A program made the translations under genes and the position numbers. DNA of 64,000 nt. Source: a virus. The stretch lies in the IMG/VR virus record IMGVR_UViG_3300045988_172457, positions 13,245-77,244 of that record; one strand, written 5' to 3'. Under the pieces are notes generated by a model that worked only from the letters and a program-made list of their open reading frames with translations, was not told where the DNA came from and did not search any database. Below, in pieces: positions 38,601 through 46,389 of the stretch (position 1 is the stretch's first letter; each line of letters starts with the position of its first letter).

Positions 38601-41245
38601 GGCAGTCCGTCAAGACAGTGAAAACCGACAAGGACGGGTATTACGAGTTCGACCTGCTCCACTCCGGCACGTACAAGACTTCGGTGAAACGCAATACGGG
38701 CACCAGTACGGGCGACGGCGTGCAAACCCAAGTCAAAACCTACTACGGCAAATTGGAAGACGTGACGAACACGCGCAGCTGGTCTAACAAAATCAAGTCC
38801 AACGCGACAGACACGTCCGACGACATCCACCTAGGTATCGGCATCAACCAGACCCACGTGGACTACGGTTACGCGAAACCAGACCTGAAAGCCACCGTAG
38901 ACAAAACCGTCACCGGCACCAATTGCACGGACACAAAATGCGTCATCAACTGGGATGTGAAGGTGCAGAATAAGGGCAAGAGCACCGAGAAGGCACCGAG
39001 TGTACCACCACTGAAGACATTTGCCGCAGGCGGCGCGCATTCACTCGCCTTGGATTCGGAAGGTCACCTATGGGCATGGGGATATAACCATGATGGCACG
39101 GGAACTGACCAGAGCACGCCGATTTTGGTTTCCGACGGTCATGTTTGGAAGTCTGGTGTTCAGGTTGTTCCTGATACTTCCACTGAGTCTTCCGGCACGT
39201 CTCGTTTTGATACTTCCAGTGTCGTGTCTGACCGTATGAGTGCTGATGTGCATGATGTGACGGCTACGGCGGGTACTGTGAGTATTGAATCCGGTGGTGC
39301 GAAGCAGGTTGCGACGAGTGGCGACCATAAGTTTGTGTTGACGAATGAGGGCTTGTTGTATGCGTGGGGTAATAACCAGTATGGTCAATTGGGTTTCAAG
39401 CCTGACTCCACGAACACGAGTACTCCGGTGAACGTGAACAAGCCGACCATCATCAACGGTAGTTGGCTGAAAGTCGCCGCCGGTGGCAAACATTCCGCCG
39501 CCATCAGCACGGACGGACACCTGTACACGACCGGTTGGAATAGTAGAGGCCAATTGGGTACGGGTGATACGGACAATCGTTTCGAATGGACGGAAGTCGC
39601 TTCGGATAAGACGTTCACGGACGTGGCATGCGGCAACCAGTTCACCGTCGCCATCGCCAGTGACGGAACCCTGTGGGCCACGGGAAACATTGGCAACAAG
39701 ACTTACACGAGTCTGACCCAGATTAGCTCCGTCACATCCACGCAAGTCAGCGCAAGCATGGACTCGTTCATCGCATTGACCAAGAACGGCGGAAGCCTGT
39801 ATGCGGGCGCTTCGACCGCATTAACCCCAAAAGGAAGCGGCTATATGCAGGTGGCCGCCGCATTCGGTCAAGTATACGCGTTGACCAATTCGGGCACCGT
39901 CCAACCGGTAGCCACCCTGAACCGCGACGGCTATTCGCCCAACGTGTCCAGTCTGAAGGACATCACACTCATCAGCGGCGGCTATCAGACCTTGTACGCC
40001 ATCGACAAGAACCAACACTTGTGGGCTTCAGGCTGGAATGGTGACGGACAATTGGCGAACGGCAAGACCGGCAACGGCATGTATTGGACGGACGACTCCA
40101 CCGGTAACAACACGGACATCATCGGCACGCCAGTCGATACGGGCATCATCGCCTCCGACGTGGCGGGCGGCGACCGTGACGTGCTCATTCTTGGCAAGCA
40201 GGTCATGATTGCGGGCTTCGACCCGTATGGTGACGGTAAGACGGGTGGCGCGCGTTCGATCGGTTTGAAGGGTATGGCGGTCTCGTCCGACCCGACCGCC
40301 GTACCTGTCGAACCATCGAGCGAAACCACTGAGAATGGGTTGACTACCCGCACGTACAATCTGCCGTATTCGATTGAGCCGGGCGGCTATGTCATCTACC
40401 ATTTCACCGGCACAGTTGACCGTGAGACCGCTGACATGACGGGCAAAGACCAGACGTACATTGACGAGTGGGTTAAGAAGAATACGAAGACCATTCTCAA
40501 CCAAGCATGGTTCGACTCCGAACACACGCCATATTCGGGCACGCCACACGCAAGCGGCAAAAACAAGCCGAACACTCCGGACGCTACGAAACTGGATGCC
40601 AACACGAATGATGTGACCGGCAATCCGACATGCCGCACCGACACGGACTATACGGAGGAAGGACGCCAACACTGGTTCAGCACGTCCGATGAGGACTCCT
40701 GCGACCAAGTCGGCACCATCATCACACCAACCACCACCGCGAAGAAACTCGGTTCCATCAGCGGCCTGTATTGGGAGGATACCAACAAGAACGGCATTCA
40801 AGATGAAGGTGAGAACACGCATTTCGCCGGTCAGACGGTCATTCTGACTGACGAGAACGGCAAACAGTTGGCAACCACCAAGACCGACAAGGATGGCAAG
40901 TACATTTTCAAACGTCTGGACGCGAACGGCAACAAATACCGTATCCAATTCACCAAAGTGAACCACCGGGACTTCACCACGCCGGATGTGGGAGACAAGA
41001 CTCCTGCGGCGGATGGAAGCTCCACTGATTCGGATGCTTACACGGATGAAGCCAACAAGCTGACCATCACCCTCACCCAAGATGCTCCAACCAAGGAGCA
41101 TGTGGATGCGGGTGTCCTGCCTGAAACATGGTTGGCGACCATGCCGCACACGGGCATGGGATTGCTGTTGCCGCTCCTCATGCTCGTCAGCATCAGCGGA
41201 CTCGTCGCGGCAATCATCCTCCTACGAAAGAAGGAAGAACAGTGA
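35642..41245 (+). CDS. Giant sortase-anchored surface protein / putative pilus tip adhesin (1867 aa) with a ~7-blade RCC1-repeat beta-propeller and CnaB/SdrD-B-like domains. Its sorting signal is MPHTG.
   Basis: Signal peptide. RCC1 repeats (HLWAWGYNHDGTGTDQ, LYAWGNNQYGQLG, LYTTGWNSRGQLGTG, LWASGWNGDGQLANG). SdrD-B-like ISGTVWWDKDENTLIGDGEERIEGVEV... and LYWEDTNKNGIQDEGEN... segments. C-terminal LPETWLATMPHTG + TM + RKKEEQ. Confidence 0.8.
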   Translation: MGILKKHVAHPVALLAAIATLSSGLICMTNPVASPKAHADELKPAYATAKIVKKADGTGHGTSSQTFVNSKNGFATGDDSPTDGVVASGDTVEYSLTLNFNAAGKRTINVKFDLDDAPYLQTADGGGFCQPGQLVTAKKNSDGSCSYTVPAGGVETMTQTFYLKAKDTGGLVKPGQIPKIVVAREGGTSTTYRTDELTVVSAPAADLVIDNGGNPVKGQYSYEHRTYWSQNTDATGDFTIRTDALTYPGYSSTKGASTSIDWTTKVDISDFPQGTVWTVGGQRITRNSDKEQYLTVSSGKNGTAATISYRIPAGTDALKNMKEGDVKYYDVHLVPDETVFSVKDDNGNALLNMGKGGEPGWNIGRDKSTYNKDTGARVGYPYANNDWSRAIIQRLKPTPAGKIPLFGKGLQRPNTASKTMFDKENLTFDAAEGKADIYHYYSDGSGDTVSRGTQVKTILEMYAANVTADKLKNTTPTMQDEWDNTRMRWDGSLEVTQNGAPVSDYKVQWADSKDNWHDGEPSDTDAPNVKKIRVTFNPDTLTLGKGAPNVQVTFNTLAIADVSKGNVEALDTLTAWLTEDDKASVTNWVWIAKPVDPTTSIDISLKAYDGEGNQVYANNSSNHPSGSAVDLTPGMRVDYTVTEQLRTILLSNTSMTPTITVPKPKGLYNPTCDDSFWQMKVDGNNLVFTPRSGKVTPEVDRMGSATLPDLHFSGIVSNLATGTVTASANMSVDVDENGALQAQTIKSNTPSVPFPVSNAETNSGIMRVKTTKAEIGDPLTWEFNVYGKGGGHTGTMDSMLLLPANGDEKYVQDKLVEYERGYSNYHGSYELTQPITVNMDNSTSTTVYYSTTTGKKSDNPADYEWKTWDKLTDSDKKNITAIRLTSTVVASDEKLSYSAVNGTITLNPSDNVKDDKYTLWLGRNYYSDTAGKPAGNQPWPDVANVVVGSISGTVWWDKDENTLIGDGEERIEGVEVILSKQDANGAWQSVKTVKTDKDGYYEFDLLHSGTYKTSVKRNTGTSTGDGVQTQVKTYYGKLEDVTNTRSWSNKIKSNATDTSDDIHLGIGINQTHVDYGYAKPDLKATVDKTVTGTNCTDTKCVINWDVKVQNKGKSTEKAPSVPPLKTFAAGGAHSLALDSEGHLWAWGYNHDGTGTDQSTPILVSDGHVWKSGVQVVPDTSTESSGTSRFDTSSVVSDRMSADVHDVTATAGTVSIESGGAKQVATSGDHKFVLTNEGLLYAWGNNQYGQLGFKPDSTNTSTPVNVNKPTIINGSWLKVAAGGKHSAAISTDGHLYTTGWNSRGQLGTGDTDNRFEWTEVASDKTFTDVACGNQFTVAIASDGTLWATGNIGNKTYTSLTQISSVTSTQVSASMDSFIALTKNGGSLYAGASTALTPKGSGYMQVAAAFGQVYALTNSGTVQPVATLNRDGYSPNVSSLKDITLISGGYQTLYAIDKNQHLWASGWNGDGQLANGKTGNGMYWTDDSTGNNTDIIGTPVDTGIIASDVAGGDRDVLILGKQVMIAGFDPYGDGKTGGARSIGLKGMAVSSDPTAVPVEPSSETTENGLTTRTYNLPYSIEPGGYVIYHFTGTVDRETADMTGKDQTYIDEWVKKNTKTILNQAWFDSEHTPYSGTPHASGKNKPNTPDATKLDANTNDVTGNPTCRTDTDYTEEGRQHWFSTSDEDSCDQVGTIITPTTTAKKLGSISGLYWEDTNKNGIQDEGENTHFAGQTVILTDENGKQLATTKTDKDGKYIFKRLDANGNKYRIQFTKVNHRDFTTPDVGDKTPAADGSSTDSDAYTDEANKLTITLTQDAPTKEHVDAGVLPETWLATMPHTGMGLLLPLLMLVSISGLVAAIILLRKKEEQ

Positions 41246-41256
41246 AAGGAACAAGA

Positions 41257-42189
41257 ATGGGCGAACACGCCACACAATCACACGGGAGCCGTCACATGGT
41301 TCGGCGGCTCCTCGCCACCCTCGCCATCATGAGCGCGGTCTGCGGCGGCTTCCTCACCGGTAGTGCAATAGCCGCCGAACCAGCCAAATGCAATACTGGC
41401 GTGGACAAGGTTTGCTACGCGGGCTATAACGCGGCGGGATTGAAACAGATTGCCGACGATTTAAGCGAGAAAGGCAAAGGAAGCACATACTATGCCGCAA
41501 TGGAAAAGAACCTGACCGACGGGGTCAAAGGCACGCTCACCCTATCAGACGGCTCGAACCTCCCATTCCGACTCATCGGCATCCTCCACGACGACAAAGC
41601 CGACGGAAGTGGACGAAAAGCAGGATTGACGTTCATGGCTTGGAACGCGTTACCGAAAGCGTATGCCATGAACAATAGTCACACCAATAATGGCGGCTGG
41701 CGTGACAGTCTTCTCCGCAATCAGATGAACAATGGTGAAATCTGGAACCAATTCCCAACCGACTTCCAAAACAACGTCACAACCGTGCTGAAACAAACCA
41801 ACAACATGGCCTACGGAAGCACAGTCGGTTCAAGCGCGTCAGCCACGGCAGACAAAGTATGGCTCGTCTCCTACCGTGAACTCGTACCAACCTTATACGA
41901 TGGTTGGAAGACCTCTGGTGGTTTCCAAGCGTTGAATCAGGAGGGAAGCCAATACGAGTATTTCCACGGTAAGGTGACAAATAACTGGTCGGGTAATAGC
42001 ATTCTCTCCGGCATCTACAAGACCGTTTCCGGTTCCACTCCTCTTGGTGCTAGCTACGGCAGTTGGTGGGAGCGTTCGCCCCACCTGGGCAACAACTACT
42101 TTTTCCTCCTAGTGCACTCGCACGGCGACCCCAGCTACAGCGGCGGTGCCTACGATCGCTGCTCCGTTGTCCCCGCTTTCTCCTTCTAA
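41257..42189 (+). CDS. DGR target gene: secreted protein (310 aa) with the variable region (VR) at its C-terminus
   Basis: Signal peptide (LLATLAIMSAVCGGFLTGSAIA). Its 3' 168 bp match a downstream template repeat with adenine-specific differences. Start chosen at ATG 41257, which has an RBS. Confidence 0.7.
   Translation: MGEHATQSHGSRHMVRRLLATLAIMSAVCGGFLTGSAIAAEPAKCNTGVDKVCYAGYNAAGLKQIADDLSEKGKGSTYYAAMEKNLTDGVKGTLTLSDGSNLPFRLIGILHDDKADGSGRKAGLTFMAWNALPKAYAMNNSHTNNGGWRDSLLRNQMNNGEIWNQFPTDFQNNVTTVLKQTNNMAYGSTVGSSASATADKVWLVSYRELVPTLYDGWKTSGGFQALNQEGSQYEYFHGKVTNNWSGNSILSGIYKTVSGSTPLGASYGSWWERSPHLGNNYFFLLVHSHGDPSYSGGAYDRCSVVPAFSF
42022..42189 (+). repeat. DGR variable region (VR)
   Basis: Aligns with TR 42820-42987 at a fixed offset of 798 bp. 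About 23-24 mismatches lie at TR adenines and only 1 non-A mismatch lies in the body. Three non-A mismatches in the last 10 nt look like IMH (homing-signal) end differences. Confidence 0.8.
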
Positions 42190-42201
42190 TCCCCAATCCT
42201 T

Positions 42202-42228
42202 GGGTGGTGGGGTTCATCCCCACCACCC
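42202..42228 (+). promoter_or_regulatory. Perfect 11-bp-stem hairpin immediately 3' of VR (DGR target-site hairpin/cruciform candidate)
   Basis: GGGTGGTGGGG-ttcat-CCCCACCACCC lies 12 nt after the target stop codon. Confidence 0.6.
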
Positions 42229-42261
42229 CTCCAAACTCAAATCTCACACAAAAGGAGTCCT

Positions 42262-42777
42262 ATGACGGTTCCCGCAAGCAAACGTACAAAAGCCAAAAGC
42301 GAATATGCGAATCAGGCCAGAATCGTGCTCTTGGCTACCAGAAATCTGTTCCGCAAATGGCCTAAAAGCCGTAACTGCATTGAAACCGTGCATGTCATGC
42401 ATATCGCCTACGAAATGTACTCCTCCGCCTACAGTGCCGACATCATTTATGCAAGCACTGTAGAAGAGCATGAGATGAAACTGCAACTGTTGTGCAAGGC
42501 CCAAGGCATGCTGAACTCACTCTCCGGTCTTGTGGACGATTGGATGGAGTTTCCTCCACGGGAAAAAGACTTGGAAGCCTACAGGAAATATCCGGAAGGC
42601 GACCCCAGATACAATCCCGTCGTCAAGGAGAAGAAATTCGTGAACTATGCGGGAATCCTCTACAAGGCGATGGGCGTGTTCACCGGAGCCGTCAAGTATG
42701 AGCGAGACCAGTTGAAGAAAGCTAAAAACGCCGAGTCGAAAACGAACACTATAATGGATACTCGGGCGCAAGCCTAA
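42262..42777 (+). CDS. avd: Putative DGR accessory variability determinant (Avd-like, 171 aa, basic)
   Basis: Position between VR and TR, as in the canonical DGR cassette order. Basic helical small protein with a good RBS. The assignment is by synteny. Confidence 0.5.
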   Translation: MTVPASKRTKAKSEYANQARIVLLATRNLFRKWPKSRNCIETVHVMHIAYEMYSSAYSADIIYASTVEEHEMKLQLLCKAQGMLNSLSGLVDDWMEFPPREKDLEAYRKYPEGDPRYNPVVKEKKFVNYAGILYKAMGVFTGAVKYERDQLKKAKNAESKTNTIMDTRAQA

Positions 42778-42819
42778 AATATAATTGAACAAAATCGGCC
42801 ATATCCAAACTATGGTGAC

Positions 42820-42987
42820 ACCGTTTCCGGTTCCACTCCTCTTGGTGCTAACAACAACAATTGGTGGGAGCGTTCGCCCAACCCGAACAACAACAACAAT
42901 TTCCTCCAAGTGAACTCGAACGGCGACCCCAGCTACAACAACAATGCCAACAATCGCTACTCCGTTGTCCCCGATTCCTCTTACCAA
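42820..42987 (+). repeat. DGR template repeat (TR), rich in AAC/AAT codons
   Basis: Near-identical to VR except at adenines. TR AAC AAC AAC AAT corresponds to VR AGC TAC GGC AGT, and similarly elsewhere. Confidence 0.8.
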
Positions 42988-43167
42988 AAACTAACATCAG
43001 ATAGGCCAGTAGCCCAATGGGTGAAAGCCTCCCGAAGGGGAAGGGGATATGGTCGAATGCGCGGCCCCTCGAAAAATGGGTTGCGTGTGAAATAGGTTGA
43101 GGGAGATATTAAGACTGTCGGAAACGACGGATACTCGCCCCTTAAGCTGGGCGTCCAACATCATTGC

Positions 43168-44397
43168 ATGTCTTGGGTTGTTGCCGACGACCTGCCCTCA
43201 ACCATTCTTTTCTCTTTCCCTAGTGAAGGAAGCATTAAAATCGTGAATGCGAGTCAAAGACGTAGAAGACGCCAACGCAGACTGCAACAACGCTCGGATG
43301 ATAAGTACAGGAAGCTCCACCGTTACATCGACTTCCAACAAACATTCGGATTCGACGCGCTCTACCAAGCCGCAAGAAAATGCAAACGCGGCGTCACATG
43401 GAAAAACACAGTGTTGAACTTCGACAATAGGCGTGCCGTCAACTGTTGGAAACTCGCCCAAGAATTAGAGGACGGCACATACAAGAAGAGAGCGCCAATC
43501 CGATTCGACATTTCCGAACGAGGCAAACTCCGCCACATCAGCGCGGTATCCTTCCGAGACCGGGTGGTGCAACGCGCCTTATGCGACAACAGTCTCGTCC
43601 CCATCGTGGAAAGCCAACTGATATACGATAATGCGGCAAGCCTACCGAAACGTGGAACATCGTTCGCCCGAAAACGGTTCGAACTACACTATAAGCGGGC
43701 TTTGGGCAAATGGGAGCATCCGTATGCTGTCATCTTCGACTGTGCCAACTATTTCGGAAGTATCAGCTCCCAACGAGCGTTCGATATGATTTCCACCCTG
43801 TACCGGAGCATCGCCCGCACCGGACGGGAGAAGCAGGATGTGGAACGGATTCTAACCGTATTGAGAATCTTCGTATTGGACGAACCTCACTTGGGTTTAG
43901 GCAATCAGACAAGCCAAACCATGGCTATCTGGTATTTGAACAAGGTTGACCACTGGTGCATGTCGCAAGGATTCTACGGACGGTATATGGATGATGCCTA
44001 CTGTTTCTGCAAGAATCGTGAACAGGCCGAACGTGTGCTGGCCGGTTACGAGCGGCATGTCAATCAATTGGGATTGCGGTTGAACAAGCGCAAGACCCGC
44101 ATAGTGGACTGTCGCACCGGTCAACTCACATTCCTGAAACGCGTATACAGCGTACAGGATGACGGCAGTATTCTTATCCGCATGCACCATAAGGCGTTGC
44201 GTGCAAGCCGACGGCATGCGCGTAACCTTATCCGCTCATATGATGGCGTGCATGTGGGATTGCGGACAGTTCAGGATTCTTGGACGAGCCATGAGAGCAC
44301 ACTGTCGGGTCTAACTCACCGTCGTGGACTGTGCGCTCGGGAGAAAGCGTGGTATCGGAGGCATTGTGAAATGCGGAAGCTGGCTTTTCACCCGTGA
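43168..44397 (+). CDS. DGR reverse transcriptase
   Basis: Conserved DGR-RT N-terminal block (AARKCKRGVTW...ELEDGTYKKRAPIRFDISERGKLRHISAVSFRDRVVQRAL). The motif-4 SQ variant (LGNQTSQTMAIWYL) is a DGR hallmark. YMDD catalytic motif. Confidence 0.85.
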   Translation: MSWVVADDLPSTILFSFPSEGSIKIVNASQRRRRRQRRLQQRSDDKYRKLHRYIDFQQTFGFDALYQAARKCKRGVTWKNTVLNFDNRRAVNCWKLAQELEDGTYKKRAPIRFDISERGKLRHISAVSFRDRVVQRALCDNSLVPIVESQLIYDNAASLPKRGTSFARKRFELHYKRALGKWEHPYAVIFDCANYFGSISSQRAFDMISTLYRSIARTGREKQDVERILTVLRIFVLDEPHLGLGNQTSQTMAIWYLNKVDHWCMSQGFYGRYMDDAYCFCKNREQAERVLAGYERHVNQLGLRLNKRKTRIVDCRTGQLTFLKRVYSVQDDGSILIRMHHKALRASRRHARNLIRSYDGVHVGLRTVQDSWTSHESTLSGLTHRRGLCAREKAWYRRHCEMRKLAFHP

Positions 44398-44554
44398 TTT
44401 CCGGACTTTCCAGATTGGTGGAGGGGTGTAATCTGCTGGAAGCGGTGGCGCAGAATCTTCCGCTTCCTCAATCGTTTGGATGAGATTTCGTGAGGCTTGG
44501 ATTGTATCGTATTTCACTCGGCATGCTTGTCGACTAGTTTTTCTTCCCAGCTTG

Positions 44555-44577
44555 GTGTTACACTGGGTTTACTTGCA
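44555..44577 (+). promoter_or_regulatory. Member of the repeated promoter/leader motif family (GTGTTACACTGGGTTTACTTGCA)
   Basis: Matches the family consensus TGTTAyACTGG..(10-12 nt)..CA. Lies ~90 nt upstream of the 44667 start. Confidence 0.4.
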
Positions 44578-44666
44578 TTTCCTTCCTCGGGACTTCGCCC
44601 ATGTGGGGCTTTAGAGGTTATCAGCGCATTGGTCAGAGTATGCCGTTTGAGTGAAAGGAAACTGTC

Positions 44667-45278
44667 ATGGCAGGTTTTGATGATATTACGGTCACTCGCA
44701 GTGATGTCCGTTTGAAGGTTAAGGCTCCGTATAATCCGTTGTTCGCACGTCGCTCCCGCGCGTTGGGTGGAACGTTTGATGACAAGTTGAAGACTTGGAC
44801 GTTCGATATGCGTGTGGAAAGGCTGGTGTTCGAAGCTTTAGACAAATATTTCTGGTGGCATAAGGGCGTGGACGCTGAAAAGCGTGTCACAGTCACCATC
44901 GACCCCTACGACTACTTGTACGCGTACTCCAAGCAGGATAGCGACATTATCTGGTTCGCTGGTCGAATCCTAGTCGAAAAATATCAGCCCGACCGTCCAC
45001 CGCGCATGATGCCGAATGTGGCTCTCGTGGATGGCATGTGGCCTAAAACCGGCTTGTATACGGGGTTGAATCTCAGTCCCGACAAACTCCGATTATTGGT
45101 ATGGGATGTTCCCACCAGTTTTCTGGAACGACTGTCGTCCGGCAAGTATGAGTTGTCTGAGCCGGATGGTGACACGTTGACTGCGGTTGACGTTCGTATT
45201 CAGGCTGTGGAGGAACGGTTAGGCCGGTTGAGGGAACTCCGAACCCGACTCGCCTCTAATAGTGAGGATGGTGAATGA
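44667..45278 (+). CDS. Hypothetical protein (203 aa)
   Basis: ORF with RBS GAAAGGAAAC before the ATG. Confidence 0.6.
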   Translation: MAGFDDITVTRSDVRLKVKAPYNPLFARRSRALGGTFDDKLKTWTFDMRVERLVFEALDKYFWWHKGVDAEKRVTVTIDPYDYLYAYSKQDSDIIWFAGRILVEKYQPDRPPRMMPNVALVDGMWPKTGLYTGLNLSPDKLRLLVWDVPTSFLERLSSGKYELSEPDGDTLTAVDVRIQAVEERLGRLRELRTRLASNSEDGE

Positions 45279-46282
45279 TGCTCTCCGTGCCGATTAATGG
45301 TCAAGTCCAGTCGCGTCTCATTCCGCCCACGTTCGTGGAAGACAACATCAGCGACATGTTCAAGGCTGTGGACGCCGGACACAATATCGTCGTGACGGCA
45401 GTGGACGAGTACGGTAATCGAACCAGTATTACCACGCCGGATAATGTGAATCATGACATGCTGGGGCGTCCTCTCGAATTCGCGTCCCATCCCGTACTGA
45501 TGCGGAATGTGCGCCGTTGGATGGTTTGGCTGTTGCAAGCGCAATACTGCAAGGATTACAAGTGGGATACGAACAGGCTTGGAGGTTGGATGGAAGTGTT
45601 GGGTTTACCAGCCGACCTTGATATTCCCGTAACGGAGGAACATTTACGCGTGTTGAAGCCTGTGTTTAACAAGGATGATGCCGACCCGTATCGGCTTGTC
45701 GCACGATACGACAAGCAACATTATGCTTCATGCACCCTCAGCACTCTCATACGGTTAGCCGAACAAACCACGCCGAACTATGCCCTGAACAATCCCGCCC
45801 GCTGGTGTCAAACCGACCGATACCGCAAACTCAGCATCCAACCCAATCCGAAAGAAAACTGGGACGGAATGGACAGGGTACGCGACTGTTGGAGCGGATG
45901 CGAATGGGCATACCCCGCATTGGAACGCTACTATAATCCGATTCGACTATTACGCGACGAATACCGGCGGGGAGGACTACCTGAAACCTTCCACTATCCA
46001 ATACACACGACAAGAGGAGAATACCGGTTGGCGAAAGGACAAATCAGCCCCCACGCAACAATCCTCCTCAACGGCAAGCCGGTAGGACTCATGTTCAGCG
46101 ACGATTGCGAGGAACCATTCACCGACCGGATACCACCCGAATGGTGCGCCACACCCTTACCGGAAAACTATAAGACCACGCCACTCAACCGAAACATTCC
46201 CGTAAACGGCGAATTCAAACCATCATTCCAGCAAGCCATGCTGGGATTCGTGGAATGGTATGAGAAAACGCACAAGGGATAG
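45275..46282 (+). CDS. Hypothetical protein (335 aa)
   Basis: ORF translationally coupled (ATGA) to the upstream gene. Confidence 0.6.
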   Translation: MMLSVPINGQVQSRLIPPTFVEDNISDMFKAVDAGHNIVVTAVDEYGNRTSITTPDNVNHDMLGRPLEFASHPVLMRNVRRWMVWLLQAQYCKDYKWDTNRLGGWMEVLGLPADLDIPVTEEHLRVLKPVFNKDDADPYRLVARYDKQHYASCTLSTLIRLAEQTTPNYALNNPARWCQTDRYRKLSIQPNPKENWDGMDRVRDCWSGCEWAYPALERYYNPIRLLRDEYRRGGLPETFHYPIHTTRGEYRLAKGQISPHATILLNGKPVGLMFSDDCEEPFTDRIPPEWCATPLPENYKTTPLNRNIPVNGEFKPSFQQAMLGFVEWYEKTHKG

Positions 46283-46292
46283 CAAAAAGAAA

Positions 46293-46317
46293 AGCCCCTC
46301 GACTGAGGGGCTTTTTC
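46293..46317. terminator. Bidirectional rho-independent terminator
   Basis: AAAAAG-AGCCCCTC-gact-GAGGGGCT-TTTTT, between convergent genes. Confidence 0.6.
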
Positions 46318-46389
46318 AGTAAATGTCACATGGTGTCGGGATTGAATTCTTCCAGCTTGTCCATGCTAAACCGCCCAGAACAACAAAAC

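Noticed and set aside
41128-41256. 5' extension of the DGR target ORF back to 41128
   Set aside because: The extension overlaps the end of the tip-protein gene and encodes a His/Arg-rich peptide before the obvious signal peptide. An RBS-preceded ATG at 41257 is the more plausible start.
42840-42960. The AAC/AAT-rich stretch, considered as a low-complexity poly-Asn coding region or a sequencing artefact
   Set aside because: It aligns base-for-base with the 3' end of the upstream gene, with differences only at its adenines. It is non-coding here and is explained as a DGR template repeat.
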